Shown piece after piece: positions 49,661 through 61,961 of a stretch of 64,000 nucleotides of DNA (positions are counted from its first letter, which is position 1; each line of letters opens with the position of its first letter). The stretch is taken from assembly GCA_044222185.1 (NCBI GenBank), contig JBGANV010000001.1, positions 640,001-704,000 of the forward strand. Reading direction: 5' to 3'. The notes below the pieces were generated by a model. It ran no database searches, was not told the DNA's origin, and saw only the letters and a list, made by a program, of their open reading frames with translations. A program made the translations under genes and the position numbers. The stretch is from Planctomycetota bacterium. Its GTDB lineage: Bacteria; Planctomycetota; GCA-002687715; CAIWVZ01.

Positions 49661-51442
49661 ATGACGACCCTGACTCGAACGCTGCTCGGTTGCGTCCTCG
49701 CCGCGTGTGCGGCTTCCGCGCAAACGACGCGGAACGTCCCCGCGCAGTTCCCGACGATCCAATCGGCGATCAACGCGTCGCTGAACGGCGACACCGTGTT
49801 GGTCGCACCGGGGAACTACGCCGGCCCCGTCAACTTCCTCGGACGCGCGGTGACGGTGCGCGGGACTTCCGGTGCGACGCAGACCACCATCGTCGGCTCG
49901 CCTGGGAGCCGCGTGATCGTGATGTCCGCCGGTGAGGGACCCGGGAGCGTGCTCGACGGATTCACCATCGTCGGGGGGAGCGGCGGGGCGATCCTGCAGA
50001 ACGCATCTCCGACGATCACCAACTGCCGTTTCATGGCGAACTCGGTGACGCCGTTGAGCACGGGTGGACTCAGCTATCTCCCGACGCAGGTCTTGGGGGG
50101 TGGGATCTACTGCCTCGCATCCGGGGGAGCGTCGTCGTCGCCCACGATCACGAACTGCAGCTTCATCGGAAACACGGCCTGGCAGGGCGGCGGGATCTAC
50201 ATGGAGGGCCAGACGACGCTCGTGCCCACGATCATGAACTGCACCTTCCAGTCGAACGGCGCTGTCGCGGGCACCTACTGTCCTGCGAGCAGCTGCATCG
50301 TCTACAACGGCACCGGCGGGGCCCTCGAGTTCCGAGGTGCGGGATGCTCGCCCACGGTGCTCGGCTGCACGTTCACCGGCAACGTTTCGGCGCATGACGG
50401 CGCGGCGATCTCGTGCGACGGCACGGGCGCGAGTTTCATCTCGGGCTGCCGGATCCTGAACAACTCGTCGAGTGTGGGGACTGGCGGGGTCGCGGGCAGC
50501 GGGACTTCGCTCACTCTCGTGAACTGCCTCATCGCGGGCAACTCGACGTCGGCGACGGCGACGACGTTCGGGTCGGCCGCGGCCGGGGGTGTGGGCCTCG
50601 CCGGAACGGGAACTGGCTCGACCCTCACCTTGAACGGCTGCACGGTTACCGCCAATCAATCCTCGACGTTGTGCGGAGGCGTGCTGCTGCAAGGGCCCGC
50701 GGGAACGACGGCGACCATCACCAACTCCATCATCTGGGGGAACGGCGCCCTCGATCACCTGAACGCGTCGGGTGGGAGCTTCTCCGTGTCTTATTCGAAC
50801 GTCGGTGCGGGCAACGCGGCGCTCGGTGGCGGGGTCGTCCTCGCCGATCCGCGTTTCGCGGACGCCGGCTCGAACGACTTCCATCTCGGGTCGACGTCTC
50901 CGTGCCGCAATGCGGGTTCTCCCGGTGCCTCGGGATTGCCATCCACGGACATCGACGGTGCCGCTCGCGTCGTCGGGTCCGCCGTCGACATGGGCTGCGA
51001 CGAGATCCCGGCAAGCACGCTCGCCGGCTCCGGTGAGGACCTGGATCTGTACCTGCGCGTGAACGGCGCCGGGGATCCGCTCGCGACGTCGCGGAACGCG
51101 CCCGCGGGAAGCCAGGTGACCCTCGTTCTGCGTTCACCCGGCGGCGCATTCACGGGCACGCCTCCGGTCGTGGCGGGGTATCTGTATCCGACGGGGTCGC
51201 CGCCGCCTCCGTTGCCGGGCTTTCCCTACATTCATTACAGCGGAGGCGTGTTCCTGATGGCTGGCGCCTTGTCGCCCTCCCCGTTCTCCGTCCCCGGACT
51301 CGCGCCCGGCGGGCTCCGCTTGGACTACTCGATTCCCGGCGGATTGAGCGGTGCGACGCTTCGCGTCCAGGCGGTTGCGGTGACCGGGGCTGCCGCGAAC
51401 ACCGTGTTCGCCGCGACGGATGCCCACGACATCGTCTTCTGA
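49661..51442 (+). CDS. Exported right-handed parallel beta-helix protein with C-terminal tail domain
   Basis: AGGAG RBS; signal peptide (ASA|Q); VPAQFPTIQSAI...GDTVLVAPG.Y; repeated PTITNCxF..N..GG; DPRF...DFHL..SPC.NAG...DIDG..R...VDMG. Confidence 0.88.
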   Translation: MTTLTRTLLGCVLAACAASAQTTRNVPAQFPTIQSAINASLNGDTVLVAPGNYAGPVNFLGRAVTVRGTSGATQTTIVGSPGSRVIVMSAGEGPGSVLDGFTIVGGSGGAILQNASPTITNCRFMANSVTPLSTGGLSYLPTQVLGGGIYCLASGGASSSPTITNCSFIGNTAWQGGGIYMEGQTTLVPTIMNCTFQSNGAVAGTYCPASSCIVYNGTGGALEFRGAGCSPTVLGCTFTGNVSAHDGAAISCDGTGASFISGCRILNNSSSVGTGGVAGSGTSLTLVNCLIAGNSTSATATTFGSAAAGGVGLAGTGTGSTLTLNGCTVTANQSSTLCGGVLLQGPAGTTATITNSIIWGNGALDHLNASGGSFSVSYSNVGAGNAALGGGVVLADPRFADAGSNDFHLGSTSPCRNAGSPGASGLPSTDIDGAARVVGSAVDMGCDEIPASTLAGSGEDLDLYLRVNGAGDPLATSRNAPAGSQVTLVLRSPGGAFTGTPPVVAGYLYPTGSPPPPLPGFPYIHYSGGVFLMAGALSPSPFSVPGLAPGGLRLDYSIPGGLSGATLRVQAVAVTGAAANTVFAATDAHDIVF

Positions 51443-51553
51443 GGTCCGCGCCGCGACATCGGCCACTTGACGATCGCGCGCGCCATCGGGGACGGTACGG
51501 GGCGCCATCGCCCGGGTTTCGAGTGACGTTCCGGTCCCGTATCGTGCGCGCCC

Positions 51554-53170
51554 ATGAAGCGCCCGCGTCTTGCCCTCACGCACGCGATCCTCGTCGCCCT
51601 CGTGCCGGTCGCATGCGTTCTTGGCCAGAGCCCGGTCTGGGTCGCGCCGAAGCGCGAGGCCGACGCCTCGGACGCGTTCTTCAAGAAGGGGGAGATCCCG
51701 CGGATCGACGTCACGCTCACGGACGAGGAACTCCAGAAGCTCAAGGCCGAGCCACGCAACTGGGTGCGCGCCCGGCTCACCGAGAATCTGAAGGTCACGC
51801 TCGAGGGCGTGGGCGTGAAGCTCAAGGGTGCCGCTGGGAGCTTCCGTGAGTGGGACGAGCGTCCAGCGCTGACGGTTCGCGTCGACAAGTTCGAGAAGGG
51901 GCGGACCTGGAAAGGCCTGCACAAGTTCCACCTGAACAACTCGGTGCAGGACGACACGTGGCAGTGCGAGCTCCTCGCGTCCGAGCTGATGCGCGCGGCC
52001 GGGCTTGCCGCGACCCGTGTCACGCACGCGCGAGTGTTCCTCAACGGTCGGGACGTGGGCCTCTACCTCGTGAAGGAGGGGTTCGACACGACGTTCCTCG
52101 GACGTCACTTCGCCGATTCGACGGGGAACCTCTACGACGGCGGGTTTCTGAACGACATCGACGCCGATCTCGAAAAAGACTGTGGCGCGGGGCCGGACGA
52201 CCGCTCGGACCTGAAGGCCATGCTCACAGCCGCGCGCGAGCCCGATTTGAAGGTTCGCTGGGCGCAGCTCCCAGATCATCTGGACGTTCGCATGTTCACG
52301 ACGTTCATGACGATGGAGCTGCTCCTGAACCACTGGGATGGCTACACGCTGACCCGGAACAACTACCGCCTCTACTTCGAGCCACGAACGAAGAAGTTCA
52401 TGTTCCTGCCCCACGGCATGGACCAGCTGTGGGCGGACACCGACGCATCGTTCCTCGACATGCCGACGACGATTCTCGGTTCAGCGGTGATGAAGAATCC
52501 CGAGTGGCGTGCGGGATTCCGCAAGCGACTGAAGGACCTCCTCCCGCTGGTGGCGCCGCCGGACCGCCTGCTCGCGCGGGCAGATCAGATCGCGGCGCAC
52601 CTCGCGCCCGTCATCGACAAGATGGGACCGACCGCGCTGAAGGAGTACGAGGGCCGTGTCCGCGAGCTGAAGGCTCGCCTGGCGGCGCGAGCCAAGTTCC
52701 TGCTGGAGCACGTGAACGACCCGGAACCCAAGCCCATCGACTTCCGTACGACGCCCGTCGTGACGCTTCGCACGTGGCGCAAATCGCCTGAGACCGAGGA
52801 TGCGCGTCTCGCGGAGGTCCGCACGGCGGGGGAGCGGCAGCTCCTCATCGCCGTCGGCAAGAGCGGGAAGTGCGTCGCGTCATGGCGAAAGACCGTCCCG
52901 CTCGTGAAGGGGCGCTACCGATTCCTCGCGAGCGTTCGGACCGAGGACGTGCAACCGCTTCAAGAACCCGAGAACCCGGGCGCGGGGATCCGGGTCGCCG
53001 CGGTCCCGCGCACGAGCAAGCTCGTGGGGACCTCGGCATGGAAGTCCATGGAGTTCGACTTCGAGGTCACCGAGGAGGTCCGCGATGTCGACCTCGTTCT
53101 CGAACTCCGGGCTTCGAAGGGACAGGTCTTCTTCAACACCGAGTCGTTGAAGTTGAAGAAGCTCGGGTGA
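51554..53170 (+). CDS. CotH-family kinase, exported, with C-terminal carbohydrate-binding-like domain
   Basis: VGVKLKG..GSFR, KFHLNN..QD, GLYLVKE, GNLYDG, HWDGY...NNYRLY, FLPHGMD; signal peptide (VLG|Q). Confidence 0.88.
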   Translation: MKRPRLALTHAILVALVPVACVLGQSPVWVAPKREADASDAFFKKGEIPRIDVTLTDEELQKLKAEPRNWVRARLTENLKVTLEGVGVKLKGAAGSFREWDERPALTVRVDKFEKGRTWKGLHKFHLNNSVQDDTWQCELLASELMRAAGLAATRVTHARVFLNGRDVGLYLVKEGFDTTFLGRHFADSTGNLYDGGFLNDIDADLEKDCGAGPDDRSDLKAMLTAAREPDLKVRWAQLPDHLDVRMFTTFMTMELLLNHWDGYTLTRNNYRLYFEPRTKKFMFLPHGMDQLWADTDASFLDMPTTILGSAVMKNPEWRAGFRKRLKDLLPLVAPPDRLLARADQIAAHLAPVIDKMGPTALKEYEGRVRELKARLAARAKFLLEHVNDPEPKPIDFRTTPVVTLRTWRKSPETEDARLAEVRTAGERQLLIAVGKSGKCVASWRKTVPLVKGRYRFLASVRTEDVQPLQEPENPGAGIRVAAVPRTSKLVGTSAWKSMEFDFEVTEEVRDVDLVLELRASKGQVFFNTESLKLKKLG

Positions 53171-53188
53171 TGGACTGCCGCCTGCGGA

Positions 53189-54754
53189 TCACCCCGGAGT
53201 CGATTCGAGGTGGAAGCGGCTGACCAGCGTCTGGAGGTCGCGCGCATCTCGCGCAAGCTCCTCGGCAGTGGAGGCAAGCCGCCCCGTCTCGGCTGCGTTG
53301 GCCTGAGTGACGGAGTCCATCTCGTTCACGGCCATGTTCACCTGGTCGATACCGGAGGACTGCTCGCGCGTCGCTGCTGCGATTTCGGCGACGATGTCCG
53401 TGACGCGCTTCACGGAGGTGACGATGTTCCGGAGCGACTCACCGGACTGTTCCACGAGCTTCGTACCCGCGCTCACCTTGCTGACCGAGTCGTCGATCAG
53501 GGTCTTGATCTCCTTCGCGGCCTTCGCGCTGCGCTGTGCCAGGTTGCGGACCTCGGATGCAACGACGGCGAACCCGCGTCCCTGCTCGCCAGCGCGCGCC
53601 GCTTCGACCGCCGCATTCAGTGCGAGCAGGTTCGTCTGGAATGCGATCTCGTCGATGGCGCTGAGGATGTCGGCGATCTTGCGTGATGCCGCGTTGATCT
53701 CCGCCATGGCGGTCACGGCGTCACTGACGACCTTGCCGCCTGAATCCGCGACGTCACGGGCGCCGACGGCGAGATGGCTCGCCTGCTGCGCGCTGTCGGC
53801 GTTCTGCTTGACGGTCGTCGTGAGCTCGTGGAGGTTCGCCGCGGTCTCCTCGAGTTGCGACGCATGGCGCTGGGCTCCTCCCGAGATCGTCGTTCCCGTC
53901 GACGAAAGCTCGGCCGATGCATGCGCGAGCGCCTCGGCGACTCCGCGGACCCGCTCGAGCGTGGTGCGGATGCTGCCGACGGCGCGATTCAGGGCCTCGC
54001 TCATCCGGCCGACCTCGTCCGACGCCGTGACGTCCACCTGCTTGGTGAAGTCTCCGTCGGCGACGGCGCTCAGCGCATCGACGGCGCCTCCCAGGCGACG
54101 GCTCGTGTCCCGTGCGATGAGCAGGCCGATCACGCACCCGATGGCGGCGATCACGCCCCCGAGCAGGATGAGCTCGCGCTTCTCGGCCGTGATCGAATCC
54201 GCGGCCGCCGCGATCGAAGCCTCGCTCTCGCGGTTGGCGGTCGAGACGACCTCGTCGATGGTCGCGCGGTGGGCCTGATAGAGATCCTGGAGGGGACCGT
54301 CGAGAAGCTGAGTCGCCTTGGCTCGATCGCCAGCCTTGATCGCCGGGATGAGGTCCCGATCAGCCATCGCATAGAAGGCCATCGCGGATTCGTGCGAGGC
54401 GTCGAGGAGCGTGGATTTCAGGTGACCGTCCCAGAGTTCCTGAGTCCAGTAGTCCTGCCGCGCGTTGTACTCCGTCCGCAACTCGCCCCACCGCTTCTCG
54501 AGACCTTCGGTGGCCTTCGGGTCCGTCTCGATCGACATCTGGAGCAGTACGAGATACGACTCGATGATGTACTTCGGAGGAGGCAGCACGTCGGCGACGA
54601 CGTCCTTCAGAACCACCACGTTCTTGTACGCCGAGTCCTCGAGCTTGGGCTTGAGGCCCAGGCTGACGTTCGCGATGAAGGCCACGAAGCCCACGGTGAA
54701 AACACCGATCACGATGGACATCTTTGCCTTGATGCTGAAATTCCGGAACTGCAT
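53189..54754 (-). CDS. Methyl-accepting chemotaxis protein
   Basis: Two TMs, [41 protein letters not shown]; GGAGG RBS. Confidence 0.96.
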   Translation of the reverse strand: MQFRNFSIKAKMSIVIGVFTVGFVAFIANVSLGLKPKLEDSAYKNVVVLKDVVADVLPPPKYIIESYLVLLQMSIETDPKATEGLEKRWGELRTEYNARQDYWTQELWDGHLKSTLLDASHESAMAFYAMADRDLIPAIKAGDRAKATQLLDGPLQDLYQAHRATIDEVVSTANRESEASIAAAADSITAEKRELILLGGVIAAIGCVIGLLIARDTSRRLGGAVDALSAVADGDFTKQVDVTASDEVGRMSEALNRAVGSIRTTLERVRGVAEALAHASAELSSTGTTISGGAQRHASQLEETAANLHELTTTVKQNADSAQQASHLAVGARDVADSGGKVVSDAVTAMAEINAASRKIADILSAIDEIAFQTNLLALNAAVEAARAGEQGRGFAVVASEVRNLAQRSAKAAKEIKTLIDDSVSKVSAGTKLVEQSGESLRNIVTSVKRVTDIVAEIAAATREQSSGIDQVNMAVNEMDSVTQANAAETGRLASTAEELARDARDLQTLVSRFHLESTPG

Positions 54755-54804
54755 GACCCCTCCGACCTGTTTTTGGCAGGGGCCATCATCGGCGCTCAGG
54801 TGGC

Positions 54805-54822
54805 CGTGACTTTGAGTCACGC
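54805..54822. promoter_or_regulatory. Inverted repeat CGTGACT-TTG-AGTCACG, candidate operator
   Basis: ~50 bp upstream of the MCP start; 16/18 identical to 5403-5420. Confidence 0.4.
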
Positions 54823-55053
54823 TGTGGCCGGTCTGCGGTTCCGATCGCCGGAGCGATCGAACGTGCCCGAAGGAAATGCCGATCCTGCGTGGCAGAGCCG
54901 CGAATCGCCGGCGCGCCGATGCCGCCTGCTGCGTTGCCCCCGTCGGCAGCGGCGGTTACGCTCCGCGGCTCGCCCGCCGGCACGGACGGACCTTGCCGGG
55001 CAACTTGCAGGCGAGGGGGACCTGGCAGCGTCGATCGACGGACGGATGGGATC

Positions 55054-55881
55054 GTGACCGAGGCGACGAGCGGACTGGACATCATCGCGGACGTGCACGG
55101 CATGATCGCGACGTTCCACTCCATGCTGAAGCGCCTCGGGTACGAGCGGCACGGCGATCGCTGGCTCCACCCTGCCGGCCGGCGGCTCGTCCAACTCGGC
55201 GACCTCGTGGATCGCGGGCCTGACCCCCTTGGCTGCGTCGAGCTGATGCAGGAACTGGTCCAGTCCGACATCGCCGACTTCGTTCTCGGCAATCACGAGG
55301 TCAACGCCCTCGGCTGGTTCGTCGGAGCCAGGGCCCACACGGACGCGAACCGGCGCCAGTTCCGCGTCACGTTGAATCAGATCGAGCGGGATGCGGCACG
55401 CTGGGACCGCGCAGCTCGCTTCCTCCGCACTCAGCCGCTTTCGGCTGAGCGGCACGGCATGCGGTTCGTACACGCCGCTTGGATTCCGGAGGCCCTTCAC
55501 GGCCTCCCGACGACTCTCGCCTCCGACGACATCGTCCGCGCGACGGGTCGGGGTGGGCGGTACCACGAATCGATCGAAACGGCGCTCAAGGGACCGGAGG
55601 AGGATGCTCCGCAGCCGTTCGAAGACGAGCACGGCATCACTCGCCGGCGGCGCCGGGTGCGGTGGTGGGACGACTACCCCGCCCACGCGCCGACGGTCTG
55701 CTTCGGGCATTACTGGTTCCACGGAACGCCCCGCCTGCTGGGCGTGAGCGGCAACGCGATCTGCCTGGACTACAGCTGTGGCCGTGGCGGGCCTCTCGTC
55801 GCGCTGAGGTGGCCGGAGCGCCACTTCGTGATGGTGCCCAATCGCGACGTCGACGCGCCCACGCCACCAGACGACGCATGA
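55054..55881 (+). CDS. Calcineurin-like metallophosphoesterase (ApaH/PrpE-like)
   Basis: DVHG, GDLVDRG, GNHE, VHA, FGHYW, CLDYS. Confidence 0.9.
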   Translation: MTEATSGLDIIADVHGMIATFHSMLKRLGYERHGDRWLHPAGRRLVQLGDLVDRGPDPLGCVELMQELVQSDIADFVLGNHEVNALGWFVGARAHTDANRRQFRVTLNQIERDAARWDRAARFLRTQPLSAERHGMRFVHAAWIPEALHGLPTTLASDDIVRATGRGGRYHESIETALKGPEEDAPQPFEDEHGITRRRRRVRWWDDYPAHAPTVCFGHYWFHGTPRLLGVSGNAICLDYSCGRGGPLVALRWPERHFVMVPNRDVDAPTPPDDA

Positions 55882-56624
55882 GCCGGAAAGACATCGTTTT
55901 CGCCATTCTCGGCGCGTTCTTCCTCACCAACGCTCTCATCGCCGAAGTCGTCGGGGGAAAGATCATCTGGATCGGGCCCGAGTCGTGGCAGCTGATGGGG
56001 AGTCGGCTCTCGGCTTCCGTCGGCGTGCTGATGTGGCCGGTCGTGTTCGTTTCGACCGATCTCATCAACGAGTACTTCGGGCGCTCGGGCGTGAAGCGGT
56101 TGACGCTCCTCGCGGCGACGATGATCGCCTATGCGTACATCGTGCTGTTCTTCGCACAGCAGACGCCGACGGCCACGGGCCCCGACGGGAAGGCCTTCGG
56201 TGTCGACGGCCATTCGTTCAACGTCGTGTTCGGAACGAGCCAGTCGATCATCGTCGGATCCCTCGCGGCGTTCCTCGTCTCGCAGCTCGTGGACGTCGCG
56301 ATCTTCCAGCTCCTCCGAAAGCGCACGGGCGCGGCGATGCTGTGGCTGCGGTCGACGGGTTCGACCGTCATCTCACAGATCGTCGACAGCATCATCGTGC
56401 TCTACATCGGTCTCGCGATCCCGTTCGGCTGGACGATGAAGCAGTTCTGGGCGACGGCCATCCCGAACTACCTCATCAAACTGGTGATCGCGATCTGCAT
56501 GACCCCCGTGATCTATCTGATCCACGGATGGGTCGAGCGGTATATCGGACATGCCGAAGCCCACGCACTCGCAGAAGCGGCGGCGGGCAACCGCGTCATC
56601 GTGCACGCGCCGCCCAAGGAGTGA
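55878..56624 (+). CDS. Queuosine precursor transporter (YhhQ/Vut_1 family)
   Basis: WPVVFVSTDLINEYFG, GSLAAFLVSQLVDV, LWLRSTGSTVISQIVDS; ATGA overlap. Confidence 0.9.
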   Translation: MSRKDIVFAILGAFFLTNALIAEVVGGKIIWIGPESWQLMGSRLSASVGVLMWPVVFVSTDLINEYFGRSGVKRLTLLAATMIAYAYIVLFFAQQTPTATGPDGKAFGVDGHSFNVVFGTSQSIIVGSLAAFLVSQLVDVAIFQLLRKRTGAAMLWLRSTGSTVISQIVDSIIVLYIGLAIPFGWTMKQFWATAIPNYLIKLVIAICMTPVIYLIHGWVERYIGHAEAHALAEAAAGNRVIVHAPPKE

Positions 56625-56645
56625 CCCGGGGCGGCGTCGCCCGGA

Positions 56646-58109
56646 TCAGGCGAGGTCGACCCACACGTGCTTGACCTCGGTGTAGGCATCGAGGCCGTAA
56701 GAGCCGAGTTCGCGCCCGAACCCCGACGCCTTGTAGCCGCCGAACGGCGTCGCCGGGTCGTAGAAGTTGTAGGTGTTGACCCACACGGTTCCCGCGCGGA
56801 TCTGATGCGCGACCCGCAGGGCCTTGCCGATGTCGCGGGACCACACGCCGCCCGCCAGGCCGAACTGTGTGTCGTTCGCCTTCTTCACCGCGTCGGCCTC
56901 GTCCTCGAATTTGATGATCGACATGACGGGTCCGAAGATCTCCTCGCGGCCGATCGTCATCTGGTTCGTGACGTTGGTGAAGATCGTGGGGTTGAGGAAA
57001 TAACCCTTGCCCGTGCCGATGTCGGCCCGCGTCCCGCCCGACACGAGCGTGGCCCCGTCCTTCTTGCCGGCGTCGATGAACCCCAGCACCGTCTGCATCT
57101 GCTCCTTCGACACGATGGCGCCCAGGCGCGTCTTCGGGTTCATCGGGTCGGCGGGAACGAGCTTCGACACGCGGCCTTGGAGCTTCTCCACGAACTGATC
57201 GTGGACGGAAGCCTGCACGAGCACGCGCGACCCGGCGGCGCAGACCTCGCCCTTGCCGTAGAAGATGCCGTTCGCGGCACCACGCACCGCGGCTTCGAGA
57301 TCCGCATCCGCGAAGATGACGTTGGGGGACTTGCCGCCCAGTTCTAGCGAGACGCGTTTGGACGTGGCCGCGGAATCGCGGAGCAGGCCGTGGCCGACGG
57401 ACGTCGAGCCCGTGAACGCGATCTTGTCGATCCCGGGATGGCGCGTCATGGCGTCACCCACGATCGAGCCCTTGCCGGTGATGACGTTGAACACGCCCGC
57501 CGGCACGCCCGCCTCGCGCGCCATCTCGGCGAGCTTCAGGGCCGACAGCGGCGTCACCGTCGCCGGCTTGTGGACGATCGAGCATCCGACGGCAAGCGCC
57601 GGGGCGATCTTCCAGGAGGCGAGAAGCAGGGGGAAGTTCCAAGGGGTGATGGCGCCGACGACGCCGACGGGTTCCCGCAGTGTGTAGTTGAACGAGGTCG
57701 GGCTGACGGGGATGGTCTCGCCCGCGACCTTCGTCGCCCAGCCGGCGTAGTAGCGGAACACCTCGCACACCATCGGCATGTCGACGTAGCGGGACTCGAA
57801 GATCGGCTTGCCGTTGTCGAGGGTCTCGAGCGTGGCGAACGTGTCGATGTTCTGCTCGATCAGGTCGGCGAGCTTCCAGAGGACGCGCGCCCGATCCTTC
57901 GCCGCCATCTTGTTGCGCCACGGGCCCGTGTCGAACGCCTTGCGGGCGGCGGTGACGGCACGGTCGACGTCGGAGGCGTCGGCCTGCGCGATCGTGGTGA
58001 TCTCGGCCTCGGTCGCCGGGTTGATGGTTGGCGCGGACTGGCCCTTCGCGGCGTCGACGAATTCACCGTCGATGAAGAGTTTCTGTGGCGGAATCGTGGT
58101 GGCTGTCAT
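56646..58109 (-). CDS. Aldehyde dehydrogenase
   Basis: ITPWNFP, FTGST, LELGGKSP, GEVCAAGSR, EEIFGP, PFGGYKASGFGRE. Confidence 0.96.
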   Translation of the reverse strand: MTATTIPPQKLFIDGEFVDAAKGQSAPTINPATEAEITTIAQADASDVDRAVTAARKAFDTGPWRNKMAAKDRARVLWKLADLIEQNIDTFATLETLDNGKPIFESRYVDMPMVCEVFRYYAGWATKVAGETIPVSPTSFNYTLREPVGVVGAITPWNFPLLLASWKIAPALAVGCSIVHKPATVTPLSALKLAEMAREAGVPAGVFNVITGKGSIVGDAMTRHPGIDKIAFTGSTSVGHGLLRDSAATSKRVSLELGGKSPNVIFADADLEAAVRGAANGIFYGKGEVCAAGSRVLVQASVHDQFVEKLQGRVSKLVPADPMNPKTRLGAIVSKEQMQTVLGFIDAGKKDGATLVSGGTRADIGTGKGYFLNPTIFTNVTNQMTIGREEIFGPVMSIIKFEDEADAVKKANDTQFGLAGGVWSRDIGKALRVAHQIRAGTVWVNTYNFYDPATPFGGYKASGFGRELGSYGLDAYTEVKHVWVDLA

Positions 58110-58136
58110 GGCTGCGAAGGCTACCAACCACCGCCG

Positions 58137-58170
58137 AAAAGACGACGGGCCGCCCCGTGGGGGACGGCCC
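58137..58170 (-). terminator. Probable terminator downstream of rpmB
   Basis: GGGCCGTCCCC-CAC-GGGGCGGCCC hairpin followed by GTCGTCTTTT on the minus strand. Confidence 0.45.
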
Positions 58171-58226
58171 GGCGGATGTGCGCGCGTTCGTGCCGCGCCA
58201 GGGTGCTCCGTGGAGCACCCGATCGA

Positions 58227-58553
58227 TCAGGCGACCGGCGGCGCGAGCTTGGCGTTGCGCGCGTACTCGCTCTGGCGACCGTGGACTGCCTTGAGCAGCG
58301 GAACGGTGACCTTGCGGCCGTTGTGCTGGATCGTGACTTCGCCCTTCTTGATGACGCTCGCGGCGAGCTTCATGCGGCGGAGACCGCCGTCGGGAAGGAG
58401 AACGCGCACGGTCTGGAGGTTCACGCGGAAGCTGCGGCGCGTGATGCCGGTCGTCTTCAAACCGACGCCGCCCTTGGCCTTGGGCAGACCGCGACGGGTG
58501 ACCTGGTTGCCCCACTGGGTCCGCTTGCCGCTCACTTCGCAAACGCGTGACAT
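58227..58553 (-). CDS. rpmB: 50S ribosomal protein L28
   Basis: MSRVCEVSGK...GN..TRRG..KAKGGVG.KTTGITRRSFRVNLQ. Confidence 0.95.
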   Translation of the reverse strand: MSRVCEVSGKRTQWGNQVTRRGLPKAKGGVGLKTTGITRRSFRVNLQTVRVLLPDGGLRRMKLAASVIKKGEVTIQHNGRKVTVPLLKAVHGRQSEYARNAKLAPPVA

Positions 58554-58627
58554 GGATCTATCTCCGGGATTCGACGAGCCCGTGGCGTGGCCGCGAGCTG
58601 AAATTGGACGGCGATTCTTGCAAAGGA

Positions 58628-59329
58628 TCAGCCCTGGACAAGGGCTTCGCGGGCCTCGGTGGTGAGGTCCTCGACCTCGGAAGTGCACGGCAGGGCTGCT
58701 TTGTGCTGAAACGAGACGAGCGCCAGCCCCGGCCCGAGCACGATCCGGGCCGCGGATGTGGTCCCGTAACGGTCGCCGTGGAGGCAGATCGCGGACCCCT
58801 GAGACGCAGCGGTTCCGTGGTGGGACAGGATCTCGAAGTTCGGCTCCTGGTCGCGAAGGAAGGTCGCCGCGGCAGTCGTCCGCAGGTCGGGAACGGCGCC
58901 GAACGGCACGTTGGAGATCACGTACCGCCCCATGCCGAACTCTCGGATCTCCGCCGGCCGGCCTCCGCCTCGGTGGGTGACGACTCGCGCTCGGGCGCGG
59001 TCGGCGACGACGTCGACGGTGAGCAGGTTGAACGGGTTGAACTCGTCGAACTCCCTGGGGAGCTCGCCGCGGACGGCGAGGATCGGGAGCGTGCCGCGCG
59101 ATGGAGCGTCGTCCCGCACGGTCGCCGTCTTGATGTTGGTGATGAGCGCGAGGGAATTGCGGCCGATGCAAAGCCACGTCCCGCCGCTTCGCAGATCGCG
59201 ACCTCCGAAGATACCGGGCTCGAGCTGAAGTGGCCCCTCCCACGGTCGATCACGGAACTCGTCGCGGTTGGCGGCGAGGGTGACGGGCACGGGTCCGTCA
59301 GGATCGAATTCGAGGAGGGCCGTGCACAC
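58628..59329 (-). CDS. NRDE/TANGO2 family protein
   Basis: MCT...AANRDEF..RP, GGRDL.SGGTW, SRG.L, ISN, YGTTS. Confidence 0.92.
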   Translation of the reverse strand: MCTALLEFDPDGPVPVTLAANRDEFRDRPWEGPLQLEPGIFGGRDLRSGGTWLCIGRNSLALITNIKTATVRDDAPSRGTLPILAVRGELPREFDEFNPFNLLTVDVVADRARARVVTHRGGGRPAEIREFGMGRYVISNVPFGAVPDLRTTAAATFLRDQEPNFEILSHHGTAASQGSAICLHGDRYGTTSAARIVLGPGLALVSFQHKAALPCTSEVEDLTTEAREALVQG

Positions 59330-59350
59330 GATGGGGCTCCCGCGCGGCGG

Positions 59351-61885
<2,535 letters not shown>

Positions 61886-61961
61886 CGCGATTCTCCGGCG
61901 CGGTCCGCGTCATGCAGCCGCGCGAGCGAGCGGAGAAGGTAACGACAGTCGACGCGATCGC

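Noticed and set aside
55800-55881. preQ1 riboswitch upstream of the queuosine precursor transporter
   Set aside because: The gene is translationally coupled to the upstream phosphoesterase, leaving no leader.
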